Assembly (NCBI GenBank): GCA_963700635.1 | Contig: CAVOYH010000006.1 | Span: 64,001 to 128,000, forward strand | Length of the DNA: 64,000 nt | DNA from: an uncultured Bacteroidota bacterium | Lineage (GTDB): Bacteria; Bacteroidota; Ignavibacteria; UBA10030; UBA6906 | Direction of reading: 5' to 3' | Part shown: one piece after another, positions 20,613 through 29,784 of the stretch | How positions within the stretch are numbered: position 1 is the stretch's first letter | Layout: every line of letters begins with the position of its first letter | Notes under the pieces: generated by a model | The model's database searches: none | Seen by the model: the letters and a program-made list of their open reading frames with translations, nothing else | Told to the model about the DNA's origin: nothing | Translations under genes and position numbers: made by a program

Positions 20613-21389
20613 TTATTCCCGGTCTCTGCCTGGATTTCTTTTCAGAAGCCGGTTTGAAGGCACCAGCTGATAGGCCCAATCAAACACCACCCGGCTTGCC
20701 GACAGTGCGGACACCCGGAACTTTGCATAATGATCGTCCCAGGTCCACACAACGTACGTGTGACCGACTATCAACCGGACTTCGTGCGTTGAGGACCAAC
20801 CGCTGACGGGCGCGGTTCCAATCGTGAGAATCGAGGAGGTCGGACCCATATCCTGAATATCACTGTCCGAATTCACGCGCATGACCACACTGCCGCCTGA
20901 TTCACCCAAGATCATATCCGCATACTTGTCACCGGAGGAGACCACCGCAAAGCGCGAGAAATCGTAAGCGCTCTGCGCCGGAGAGACGGTTGCGTTGTAG
21001 AGCAGAACATCATACCCTTCCGGCCGGGGGATATCATAGGCGAAATCCGAACTCAATGCACTTTCGTTCCCGGCATGGTCATACGCAGAAACAGCATAGT
21101 AGTACAACGTGCCGTTCCGCGCTCCATCATCATTGTAATATGCTGAGGATGTTGAGGAAAGATACTCATACCGGCCGTTGTAGCTGGAACTGACATAGAC
21201 ATTATAACCGGCAATGTCCGGTTCGCGATTATAGTCCCAGAACAATTCGATAAAATTATCCCCTGTTGCAGTCCGCAGGCCAACCGGCGGAGACGGCGGA
21301 TCGAGGTCAGGGTGATACAACCAGTCGTGACATCCCGGAAGAATCGTTACAAGGAAGAGAAGCGAGAGTGTACGCAGTGATGTGTTCAT
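20613..21389 (-). CDS. Lipoprotein with fibronectin type III domain
   Basis: Lipobox LPGC; PPSPPVGL, LFWD, GYNVY, YYYAVSAYD..GNES. Confidence 0.75.
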   Translation of the reverse strand: MNTSLRTLSLLFLVTILPGCHDWLYHPDLDPPSPPVGLRTATGDNFIELFWDYNREPDIAGYNVYVSSSYNGRYEYLSSTSSAYYNDDGARNGTLYYYAVSAYDHAGNESALSSDFAYDIPRPEGYDVLLYNATVSPAQSAYDFSRFAVVSSGDKYADMILGESGGSVVMRVNSDSDIQDMGPTSSILTIGTAPVSGWSSTHEVRLIVGHTYVVWTWDDHYAKFRVSALSASRVVFDWAYQLVPSNRLLKRNPGRDRE

Positions 21390-21443
21390 GGTTGCCTCGT
21401 GCTGTCGTGTCGGTGATTCTCTCAAGACTCAACAGCATCAATT

Positions 21444-21458
21444 TCAAATCACATGCCA
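21444..21458 (-). promoter_or_regulatory. Candidate sigma54 -24/-12 promoter of the FN3 lipoprotein gene
   Basis: Minus strand TGGCATGTGATTTGA: correct -24/-12 spacing, but TTGA instead of TTGC. Confidence 0.45.
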
Positions 21459-21462
21459 CATG

Positions 21463-21508
21463 AAAACGCGCCGTTGATCCGCCAAAAACAGATCAAATCC
21501 GGCGCGTT
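21463..21508 (-). terminator. Probable intrinsic terminator after pyrC
   Basis: AACGCGCCG...CGGCGCGTT inverted repeat with a short T tract on the minus strand. Confidence 0.5.
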
Positions 21509-21584
21509 ATTCACCGCACTGTCTCCGGGATCATCCAACCGTCCACTATTCAGGACGCCCCGGGTTCGGATCCTCTCCCATACA

Positions 21585-22871
21585 TCACGAGGCCGAAGAC
21601 CAGTACACCTGCCCGTTATTCAGGACGCCAAACGGTTTGCCGGTCAGGCGGTATCCCCCGAACGGACTATTGCGGGATTGTGACCGCGACGAGGGAAGAT
21701 CCACAACCCAATCGGCACCCGGATCGAGGATGGTAAGATTTGCCATTTCTCCCTCTGCGATTCGGATCTCGGGCAGGTGGAGAATCCGCCTGGGGTTCAC
21801 GGAAAACTTTTCAATAATCTGATCCAATGAAAGCACGTTTTTGCCGAGCAGTTCCGTACATGCCAGACCCACCGCGGTTTCAAGTCCGACGATGCCAAAG
21901 GGCGCAACCTGAAATTCCACCTCCTTTTCGTCAAATGAATGAGGTGCATGGTCTGTCGCAATCACGTCGATGGTCCCATCCCGCAGTCCGGCCTTCATCA
22001 TCTCCACATCATCCCGGGTGCGGAGGGGCGGGTTCATCTTGAAATTGGTGTCGTACCCGCGGAGGGATTCATCCGTGAGCACAAAATGGTGGGGAGTCAC
22101 TTCGCATGTAACACTGATTCCCTTTGCTTTTGCCCTGCGCACAGTGTCAACGGTTTCCGCCGTGCTCACGTGGGCCACGTGATACAGTCCGCCCGTATAT
22201 TCCGCGAGCTGGATATCTCGCGCAACCATGATCTCTTCGGCGAGGCGGGGTATAACCGGCAGTCCGAGCAACGTCGCCATAAAACCTTCATTGGCCACTC
22301 CTCCTTTGCTGAGGGAGGGATCCTGCGCATGCTGGATGACGGGCTTCTTGAACATCAGGCTGTATTCCAGGGCCCGGCGCATGATTTCGGCGTCAAACAC
22401 CGGATCTCCATCGTCGGAGAAAGCAATGGCACCCGCGCTGGAAAGTTCGGCGAGCGGCGCAAGGTGTTCGCCTTTACGTCCCATCGTGACTGCAGCAACC
22501 GGATGGACATCCACAAGTCCGTCCATTGCAATTCTGGCTTTGGCCTGTATAAACCGGATCACCGATTCATCGTCGATTGGAGGATTTGTATTAGGCATAC
22601 AGCACACCGCTGAAAAACCACCCGCGGCTGCGGCAGCGCACCCCGTCGCGATCGTCTCTTTGTACTCATAGCCCGGTTCACGCAGGTGCACGTGCATATC
22701 GATGAACCCCGGACTGATGATCTTTCCCTTGAGTTCGATCACCTGTGCGCCCGGCGACGAAAGCGCGCGGCCGAGACGATCGATACGACCATCCACAATC
22801 ACCATATCCAGCGATTCATCCCGACCCGTCACCGGATCTACCAGGCGGCCGTTCTTAAGAAGAAGTTGCAT
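21585..22871 (-). CDS. pyrC: Dihydroorotase
   Basis: PGFIDMHVHLREPG, MPNTNP, CEVTPHH, KMNPPLR, ATDHAPH. Confidence 0.95.
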   Translation of the reverse strand: MQLLLKNGRLVDPVTGRDESLDMVIVDGRIDRLGRALSSPGAQVIELKGKIISPGFIDMHVHLREPGYEYKETIATGCAAAAAGGFSAVCCMPNTNPPIDDESVIRFIQAKARIAMDGLVDVHPVAAVTMGRKGEHLAPLAELSSAGAIAFSDDGDPVFDAEIMRRALEYSLMFKKPVIQHAQDPSLSKGGVANEGFMATLLGLPVIPRLAEEIMVARDIQLAEYTGGLYHVAHVSTAETVDTVRRAKAKGISVTCEVTPHHFVLTDESLRGYDTNFKMNPPLRTRDDVEMMKAGLRDGTIDVIATDHAPHSFDEKEVEFQVAPFGIVGLETAVGLACTELLGKNVLSLDQIIEKFSVNPRRILHLPEIRIAEGEMANLTILDPGADWVVDLPSSRSQSRNSPFGGYRLTGKPFGVLNNGQVYWSSAS

Positions 22872-22900
22872 AGTCCAAACCTCGTACTGTCGGTGGTCGG

Positions 22901-23821
22901 TTAGTTTTTTGAAGAGAGAAGGTAGAGCACGGCCATCCGGATCGCCACTCCGTTGAGTACCTGCTGGAGGATCACCGAATGTTCGCTATCCGCGACATCT
23001 GCCGAGATCTCCACATCTCTGTTGATCGGACCGGGGTGCAGGATCGTAATGGCGCGTCCGGCTTTCTCCAGGCGTTTTCGCGTGATACCGTAGAAATTGT
23101 GGTATTCCCGGAGGGATGGAAGGAGCCGGCCCGCATCGCGCTCCAGTTGGATCCGCAGAACATTGAGCACATCGACCGATGGCAGCACGTCCTCGATGTG
23201 GTGGCATACCTCCACGCCCAGCCGCTGGAGATCGCGGGGGATCATTGTAGCAGGTCCGCACACAGTGACCCGCGCTCCCATCGTGATCAACCCGAAAATG
23301 TTTGATCGTGCCACCCGGCTATGGGCAATATCACCGACGATGCAGACATGGAGGTCGTGCAGGCGGTCGAGTTTTTCGCGGATCGTGTACATGTCCAGCA
23401 GGGCCTGCGTCGGATGTTCATGCGACCCATCGCCCGCATTGATCACATTTGAGTCGATGACGCGGGATAGATAGTGCGCTGCCCCTGCCGCGGAATGACG
23501 CATCACCACCATATCAATTTTCATAGCCTCAATGTTGCGGGCCGTGTCCTTCAGGGTTTCCCCTTTGCTCACGCTGCTTCCAACCGAGGAAAAGCCAAGC
23601 ACGTCTGCCGAAAGCCGGCGTTCGGCAAGCTCGAACGACAGGCGGGTCCGGGTGGAGTTTTCGAAAAACATGTTGGCCACGGTCTTCCCCTGGAGGGGGG
23701 GAACCTTTTTGATGGGTCGGTCCAGGACCTCGCGGAAACTGACGGCAGTCTCGAGAATAAGTTCTATATCCTCGCGCCGCATTCCATCAAGTCCAAGAAG
23801 ATGTCTGCTCTGTAACGGCAT
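22901..23821 (-). CDS. pyrB: Aspartate carbamoyltransferase catalytic subunit
   Basis: FFENSTRTRLSF, HEHPTQALLD, LHPGP. Confidence 0.97.
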   Translation of the reverse strand: MPLQSRHLLGLDGMRREDIELILETAVSFREVLDRPIKKVPPLQGKTVANMFFENSTRTRLSFELAERRLSADVLGFSSVGSSVSKGETLKDTARNIEAMKIDMVVMRHSAAGAAHYLSRVIDSNVINAGDGSHEHPTQALLDMYTIREKLDRLHDLHVCIVGDIAHSRVARSNIFGLITMGARVTVCGPATMIPRDLQRLGVEVCHHIEDVLPSVDVLNVLRIQLERDAGRLLPSLREYHNFYGITRKRLEKAGRAITILHPGPINRDVEISADVADSEHSVILQQVLNGVAIRMAVLYLLSSKN

Positions 23822-23848
23822 TGGCGTTATTCCTGATTGGTCGGTGTC

Positions 23849-24394
23849 TTATTCATCCGGATGCATTAGCAGCACCACATCTTCACCGTCCACTTCCTTG
23901 ACATGGACGCGGATGGATTCCTGGGCGGAAGTTGGTATGTTTTTTCCAACATAGTCAGCCCTGATGGGAAGTTGCCGGTGCCCTCGGTCAATGAGCACCG
24001 CCAGCTGGATTGTCCGGGGCCGGCCGAGGTCAATCAACTCGTCGAGGGCCGCACGGATCGTCCGCCCTGTGAACAACACATCATCGATCAAGATGACATC
24101 CTTGCCGGTGATGTCGAACAGGATATCCGTCCCTTTGAGCTCGGGCTGCTCGAGTTTCCCGAGGAGGTCGTCCCGGTAGAGCGTGATATCCAGCGAGCCG
24201 ATAGCCAGTTTCGTCTTTTCCACATCCTCGATAATCCGGGCGATACGGTGTGCAATAAACTCTCCGCGCGTGCGTATGCCGACGATCACGATGTTTCCCG
24301 CCCCTTTGTTTTTTTCCAGGATCTCGTGAGCCAGACGGGTTGCCGTCCGGTCAAACCCATCGTGATCGATGATTTGTGCCTTCAGACGTCTCAT
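23849..24394 (-). CDS. pyrR: Pyrimidine attenuation regulator / uracil phosphoribosyltransferase
   Basis: [41 protein letters not shown]. Confidence 0.97.
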   Translation of the reverse strand: MRRLKAQIIDHDGFDRTATRLAHEILEKNKGAGNIVIVGIRTRGEFIAHRIARIIEDVEKTKLAIGSLDITLYRDDLLGKLEQPELKGTDILFDITGKDVILIDDVLFTGRTIRAALDELIDLGRPRTIQLAVLIDRGHRQLPIRADYVGKNIPTSAQESIRVHVKEVDGEDVVLLMHPDE

Positions 24395-24435
24395 GCCAGG
24401 TTCCCGATGTGAAGTGAAAGATGAGGGAGATGAAG

Positions 24436-24477
24436 AAAAAATGAAAAACCTCCGGATGCCCGTGGCACACGGAGGTT
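24436..24477 (-). terminator. Attenuator terminator of the pyr leader
   Basis: Minus strand AACCTCCG...CGGAGGTT followed by TTTCATTTTTT, about 40 nt upstream of pyrR. Confidence 0.75.
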
Positions 24478-24511
24478 GATACGGCAGTCGTTCGGCAGGT
24501 ACATGGTACAG

Positions 24512-24546
24512 TCCCTTCCCTGCCTCTCGGGCAGGATTTAAAGGGG
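24512..24546 (-). promoter_or_regulatory. PyrR-binding RNA element (anti-antiterminator hairpin)
   Basis: Minus strand CCCCTTTAAATCCTGCCCGAGAGGCAGGGAAGGGA matches the PyrR-site pattern CCUUUAA...CC.GAGAGG...AAGG. Confidence 0.85.
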
Positions 24547-24620
24547 TGGGCGATATAGGACTTGAACCTATGACCTCACGGATGTGAACCGTGCGCTCTG
24601 ACCAACTGAGCTAATCGCCC
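24547..24620 (-). tRNA. tRNA-Val(CAC), 3' CCA not encoded
   Basis: GGGCGAT/ATCGCCC acceptor stem, TAGCTCAGTTGGTCAGAGC D-arm, CACGG-TTCACAT-CCGTG anticodon arm, GGTTCAAGTCC T-arm. Confidence 0.97.
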
Positions 24621-24633
24621 ATCGAATTAGCTC

Positions 24634-24662
24634 AATATAAACAATTACGCCGGCTCATGCAA
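24634..24662 (-). promoter_or_regulatory. sigma70-type promoter for tRNA-Val (and probably pyrRBC)
   Basis: TTGCAT-N17-TATATT, ending 13 nt upstream of the tRNA 5' end. Confidence 0.65.
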
Positions 24663-24694
24663 GCACCGGTCTGGTGCGAGGTTGTTCACCAACG

Positions 24695-24931
24695 TCACCG
24701 GGGACGCTTGAACACGTAGTAGTAGTCTTTGCCGTACGGCGTAACCACCACCAGCTCCCACCCGTCGACTCCAAAAGCGTTAAGCTGTGTCAGATTCAGG
24801 TTTGCACCGTCAGTGTATTCCCAGGTCACGGGTTTGGACCGTTTATCCTGTTGGGCATCCGCCGTGCGCCCTAACACAAATGCGCCGAGTGCACAGACCA
24901 GGATGAGTAGTGCGATACGGACATGTTTCAT
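24695..24931 (-). CDS. Small exported protein, DUF4177-like
   Basis: Signal peptide ending ADA-QQ; WEY...LNAFGVDGWELV...YYVFKRP is the DUF4177-type pattern; AGGAGA SD. Confidence 0.65.
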   Translation of the reverse strand: MKHVRIALLILVCALGAFVLGRTADAQQDKRSKPVTWEYTDGANLNLTQLNAFGVDGWELVVVTPYGKDYYYVFKRPR

Positions 24932-24967
24932 GGTGTTCTCCTCTGGGTTAGAAGTACCCTGTGTGAT

Positions 24968-25669
24968 TTATTCGGCACGTTCAAGCAAGAGAATCTGTTG
25001 AACGTTACGGTACAATTGTTCAGGTGTGTAGTCTTCTTCACCAGGGAGCACATATTTCCCGAGGAATTCCCTGCAGATTTCCACACCCGGGCGTCCCGCA
25101 TTCATAGGTTTTGCTCCTTCTCTGATGCAGTAGATCGCCGCCGACTTTATCCCTCTGGTCCACACCAGACGCGCTCCGTTGTTGTCCCCCATTACGCCAT
25201 CGAGAGGCACATCGCGCCGCGTCAGTCTGGGCTGAAGTTCTCTGTAGTGGATCTGGAGATAGTTCATCCCGCCGATGATGAGGCGCTGGCGGGTAATCTT
25301 GCCGACTACATCCCGGAGAAGGCGCTGCTTTTCCGCATCCTCCTCGCGCGAGAGCTGATCATCTCTTTTGGCATACTGTACGTGCAACATGGTCTGATTC
25401 AGAGTGGCGATATCCGCTTCCAGGGGGGACGCAAAAAGGTTCTCCTCTATTTCCTTTCTCCTGTCCTCAAGTTCCGCCACCACCGCCGTCGCCTTCGCCT
25501 TAACTTCCGAAACGGTAAGAGTCTCCAGCCCATTTTCTCCGGTCCGGATCAGCGTCATGACCCCGTCTTCAGGCCGTGTCACGCGGAGGATCCGCAGGTC
25601 GTCCACCAGCGTCAGAAACTGCTGCTCCGTCATCCAGATCCCCGGTGTACGCGGTCGGTCCTCTGTCAT
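24968..25669 (-). CDS. Hypothetical protein (233 aa)
   Basis: Long ORF with a GGGAGA SD that fills the gap co-directionally; no family recognised. Confidence 0.7.
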   Translation of the reverse strand: MTEDRPRTPGIWMTEQQFLTLVDDLRILRVTRPEDGVMTLIRTGENGLETLTVSEVKAKATAVVAELEDRRKEIEENLFASPLEADIATLNQTMLHVQYAKRDDQLSREEDAEKQRLLRDVVGKITRQRLIIGGMNYLQIHYRELQPRLTRRDVPLDGVMGDNNGARLVWTRGIKSAAIYCIREGAKPMNAGRPGVEICREFLGKYVLPGEEDYTPEQLYRNVQQILLLERAE

Positions 25670-25821
25670 CTTTCTCCCTTTCGCTCAATTTCACGGAAAC
25701 CGCCTGAACGGTCCCTTTTCCACCATCACAGAGGCCACAAGTAGCGTACCATCCTCAAAACCCTTCCAAATTCGCGTCATGCGTACTTCTGGATTGGGGC
25801 GAACCGGGAACGAGTCCAATA

Positions 25822-27699
25822 TTAGCCAGCTGCTTCATCTATCTGATCCATCGCGAAGTGGTCCAGGATTTTCTCCGCCGTCTTCTGCCCCACTACTTCG
25901 GCAAGCTGCTCCCTTGACGCAAACTTGACCCCCTGAACCGATCCAAAAGATTCCAGCAGTTCCCTGGCCCTCTTTTTTCCGATTCCTTCGATCAGGTCAA
26001 GCTCCGTTTGCAATGTCCGTTTCTTCCGCACGGTCCGGTGGAAGGTGACAGCAAACCGGTGGGCCTCGTCGCGAATCTGCTGCAACAACCGAAGTCCCCC
26101 GGAAGCTTTGGCAATGAGTTCAGGATCGCTTCTGCCCGGCAGGTACACTTCCTCCAGACGCTTCGCCAGGCCGATCACGGGTTGCGCCTTCAATCCCAGG
26201 CGCGTTAGCACCTCCACCGCACTCGAAAGCTGCCCTTTGCCTCCATCAACCATGAGCAGATCCGGCAGAACACTGTGTTCCTGGAGGATTCGGACAAATC
26301 TCCGTTCCACCACCTCCCGCATGCTGGCGAAATCATCCGGGCCTTCCACCCCCCGGATCTTGTACTTTCGATACTCACTTTTCCTGGGCTTCCCGTCCAC
26401 AAACACGACGAGCGACGCCACGGAATCCGTGCCCTGGGTGTTGGAGATGTCAAAACATTCAATGCGGCGGGGTGGGTGCGCAAGATGCAAATCCTGTTGC
26501 AGCGCGGTAACGGCATGAGGCAGAGATTGAGCGCGTTTCAGGCGTTGGATTTTTAGTTCATCAAGCAGGAAGCGGGCATTGTGCCGGGTGAGCGCAACAA
26601 GCTTGGCCTCTTCTCCTTCATGTGGAACGCGCAGCAAAACGGCGCTGCCACGCCGGTCCGACATCCATTGGGTCAGTGCCCCCGCATCATCGGGATCGGA
26701 AGGCAGGAGGAGTTCCTGGGGAACATCATCCGACTCAAGATATTGCTGCTGGATGAGCGTTTCAAGAATCTCCCCGGCTTGCTTGTCTTCAACGTTGCTC
26801 ATGTAATAATGCTGTCTGCCGATAAGTTTGCCGTCCCGGACTCTAAACACCACTCCGCATGCATCGTCTCCTTCCGATGCAAACGCGATAATATCACGGT
26901 CGCAGGCATCCAGGTCCACCGCTTTCTGCCTCTCCGCATACGCCTTCAGGCCCTTGATCCGGTCGCGCACCAGGGCCGCTTCTTCGAATCTCCGTCCGGC
27001 GGCCAGACTCTCCATCTCCTGCCGCAGCAGTCCGATCAGTGCTTCCGTTTTTCCCCGGAGCAACGTCACGACCTGCTCGATCATGGTATTGTACTGCTCC
27101 ACGGAGACCAATCCTTCACACGGTCCTTCACATTTCTTGATATGGTAATCCAGGCACAGTTTTACCTTCCGCCGTGCAATGGTGTCCGCATCCAGCATGA
27201 AGTTACAGCTCCGGATCATGAACAAATCCCGGATGGTTTTGAGCGCAGCGCGGACGTTCTTGACATCCGTGTACGGACCAAAATACCGGGATCCGTCACG
27301 CCGTATCTGGCGGGTCACAAACACGCGGGGAAACGGCTCATTCGTGACGACGATGTACGGATAACTCTTATCATCTTTGAGGCTGACGTTGTACCGTGGC
27401 TTGAGCTTTTTGATAAGATTGGCTTCAAGAATCAACGCCTCAACTTCGGAATCCGTGACAATAATCTCCAGGTCCGTTGCCCTGGAGAGCATTTGTGTGA
27501 TACGGGGTTCCACGGAGCGGGATTTCTGGAAGTATTGCCTGACCCGGCTGCGAAGATTTTTGGCTTTGCCTACATACAACACCTTCCCCTGACTATCCTT
27601 GTGCTGATAGACGCCGGGGCCGGTGGGCAATGTTTCGAGTTTTTCCGCCTGGGAAATGTCTTCGACCGCAATACGAATGGTTCTTCTGGATGAGGTCAT
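25822..27699 (-). CDS. uvrC: Excinuclease ABC subunit C
   Basis: GIY-YIG (PGVY..YVGKAKNLR), RIECFDISN, VDGGKGQ, IRDEAHRFA, C-terminal HhH. Confidence 0.97.
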   Translation of the reverse strand: MTSSRRTIRIAVEDISQAEKLETLPTGPGVYQHKDSQGKVLYVGKAKNLRSRVRQYFQKSRSVEPRITQMLSRATDLEIIVTDSEVEALILEANLIKKLKPRYNVSLKDDKSYPYIVVTNEPFPRVFVTRQIRRDGSRYFGPYTDVKNVRAALKTIRDLFMIRSCNFMLDADTIARRKVKLCLDYHIKKCEGPCEGLVSVEQYNTMIEQVVTLLRGKTEALIGLLRQEMESLAAGRRFEEAALVRDRIKGLKAYAERQKAVDLDACDRDIIAFASEGDDACGVVFRVRDGKLIGRQHYYMSNVEDKQAGEILETLIQQQYLESDDVPQELLLPSDPDDAGALTQWMSDRRGSAVLLRVPHEGEEAKLVALTRHNARFLLDELKIQRLKRAQSLPHAVTALQQDLHLAHPPRRIECFDISNTQGTDSVASLVVFVDGKPRKSEYRKYKIRGVEGPDDFASMREVVERRFVRILQEHSVLPDLLMVDGGKGQLSSAVEVLTRLGLKAQPVIGLAKRLEEVYLPGRSDPELIAKASGGLRLLQQIRDEAHRFAVTFHRTVRKKRTLQTELDLIEGIGKKRARELLESFGSVQGVKFASREQLAEVVGQKTAEKILDHFAMDQIDEAAG

Positions 27700-27744
27700 A
27701 GTGTGGCAGAGGTGTTTGTCCCTGCATCGTCCTGGATCACGGGC

Positions 27745-29784
27745 CTACCGGAGGAGCAGCATGGGGCGGGTTTCCCGCCATCCGCCGATCTGGAGACGAT
27801 AAAAATACACGCCGCTGGACAGTGCGCTCCCGTCAAAATGTACCGACGACGTTCCCGGAGGCTGTCGTTCAGAAACAAAACGGTACACTTCGCGACCGAG
27901 GAGATCAACCACCGTGAGCGCTACGGGCACGCCCGCTGCGGAGCCTTCGGGCGCGGCGGGAATCGAGAATCGTATGATGGTGTGTGCGTTGAACGGATTT
28001 GGATAATTCTGTTCGAGGGAATATGTCCCCCGCACATCGCGTGTTTCGACCGTCGTCACTCTCCTGACAACCTGTTTGAGTATCCACCCATCAGGATCCA
28101 CCGTGATGCTGTCAGGTATGAATGGCAGAGCAAAGGCGTACGATTGCACCCGCTGGAAGTTTTCCACGGTCCACGTCGAATCCCGGGTCTGGCCGTGGAT
28201 CTTCAGCGTGAGGGGCATTGTATAGAGGGGCCAGGATGTGGCCTGTTCCTGCGTGATGGTAACAACAACCGAATCCCCGGTCCACCGGTGCGCCACGCCG
28301 TAGATGGGCCAACCGCTTCCGTATATCCACTGCTGGAAAAACCAGTCCATTGATACGCCCGCTACGGAATCAACTGTGGCCTGAAACTGCGCGGTCGTGG
28401 AATTCCCGCCGCTGTGGTGTGCGCGATGGGCTTCAAGAATGCGGAAGAACGTGGTATCTCCAACAACTCCCCTGAGCGTGTGCAGCACCCAGGCACCCTT
28501 ACTATAGACAACGTCGTCAAACAGATTGTATCCCTGGCCGACGGGATCGTAAACCGCACCCTGCCATGAGCCGCGGTTAAAATGGAGCAGCTGGTTTTGC
28601 ATGTAGGCGCGGAGGGCAGGTCGCCCTCCATTGTATTCGGACCACAACGCTTCGCTGTAGGTGGCAAAACTTTCGTTCAACCAGATGTCCCGCCAGGTCC
28701 CACACGTCACCAGGTTTCCCCACCACTGATGTGCCAGTTCGTGAAGAACTACCCGTTCATCGGTTTTCAGGAATCTGTTCATCGTCGTGATCGTCTGGTG
28801 TTCCATCCCTCCGTATCCAAACGGCACGATTGCCGTCATTCCATATTTGTCGAATGGATAGGGACCAAACAGATTGGAGAGTGCGGCGACCATTTCCCGG
28901 ACCGTGGGCAGATAGTTGGCCGTCTCCACGGAATCCGGGGCCCACACGTAGTATTGCAGGGGGATGGTATCACCCGCCGCACGTACAAAGGGGAGCGTGG
29001 AGACGGTAAAGCGGGAAGCGGTGATGCTCATCAGATAAGGGGCGATCGGATGCACCTCGCGCCAATGCCATGTGACGCTGCCTCCGGGTTCCGGTACGAC
29101 GGACACCAGCGCGCCGTTTGAAGCGGCCACGTATCCTGACGGAACGGTGATCTGCAAGTCCGCCGTGGCCTTGTCCCACGGCTCGTCATGGCACGGCATC
29201 CAGTATCGCGCGTCCGACGGTTCAGACATTGTATAGCCAAGGTTTGCAGGAATCCCCAGCGTATCCCTGAAGAAGTAATAGCCCCACCGGGAGCCCGGAC
29301 GTTTTACGCCCGGAAGACGGCGGTAATCAATCCGGACAGCCAGGGTCTCCCCGCCAAAAAAGAGATGCCCACCCGGATGGATGAGGGTTATATTTTCAGC
29401 CACCGTATCCGCCACCACCGTGCACAGTACCCCGTTTACCGACGCCGAATCAATCTGCAGTTTTGCAGCATGTACCACGATACGGTCCGTGCTTCCTGCG
29501 GCGCCGGGCAGCCGTACCAGCATCGTCATGCTGCCTCCGAGGAATTCATCGATCATGGCGAGCGTGAGGGCAAGATCATAGTGTAGTACATCAAGCGCTT
29601 CCTCCGCGGGGGAGGCTTGCGCGAACGAGACTGTTCCACCCGCCATCGTTTGCTTGCTGAATGCCGCTTCATGCTGAGCCTGCGCAGAGACAGAACCGAC
29701 AATCACGGCCGCACCCATCCCCAGCACGAACACCAAACCCCGGAAAAAGAATTTCCGAATCGTATCAGCGAACACGACGAGCAT
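27745..29784 (-). CDS. M1-family zinc aminopeptidase with T9SS C-terminal sorting domain
   Basis: GGMEH, HELAHQWWG...WLNESFATY, YSKGAWVLH; QNYPNPFN...SSGVYFYRL tail. Start uncertain. Confidence 0.9.
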   Translation of the reverse strand: MLVVFADTIRKFFFRGLVFVLGMGAAVIVGSVSAQAQHEAAFSKQTMAGGTVSFAQASPAEEALDVLHYDLALTLAMIDEFLGGSMTMLVRLPGAAGSTDRIVVHAAKLQIDSASVNGVLCTVVADTVAENITLIHPGGHLFFGGETLAVRIDYRRLPGVKRPGSRWGYYFFRDTLGIPANLGYTMSEPSDARYWMPCHDEPWDKATADLQITVPSGYVAASNGALVSVVPEPGGSVTWHWREVHPIAPYLMSITASRFTVSTLPFVRAAGDTIPLQYYVWAPDSVETANYLPTVREMVAALSNLFGPYPFDKYGMTAIVPFGYGGMEHQTITTMNRFLKTDERVVLHELAHQWWGNLVTCGTWRDIWLNESFATYSEALWSEYNGGRPALRAYMQNQLLHFNRGSWQGAVYDPVGQGYNLFDDVVYSKGAWVLHTLRGVVGDTTFFRILEAHRAHHSGGNSTTAQFQATVDSVAGVSMDWFFQQWIYGSGWPIYGVAHRWTGDSVVVTITQEQATSWPLYTMPLTLKIHGQTRDSTWTVENFQRVQSYAFALPFIPDSITVDPDGWILKQVVRRVTTVETRDVRGTYSLEQNYPNPFNAHTIIRFSIPAAPEGSAAGVPVALTVVDLLGREVYRFVSERQPPGTSSVHFDGSALSSGVYFYRLQIGGWRETRPMLLLR

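Noticed and set aside
21547-21629. 13-bp direct repeat TATTCAGGACGCC flanking the pyrC 3' end
   Set aside because: Only two copies 70 nt apart with no mobile-element gene; could be chance or a tiny old duplication.
24547-24620. tRNA as an integration site for a genomic island
   Set aside because: No duplicated tRNA 3' end, integrase or phage genes; the 3' side runs directly into the pyr leader.
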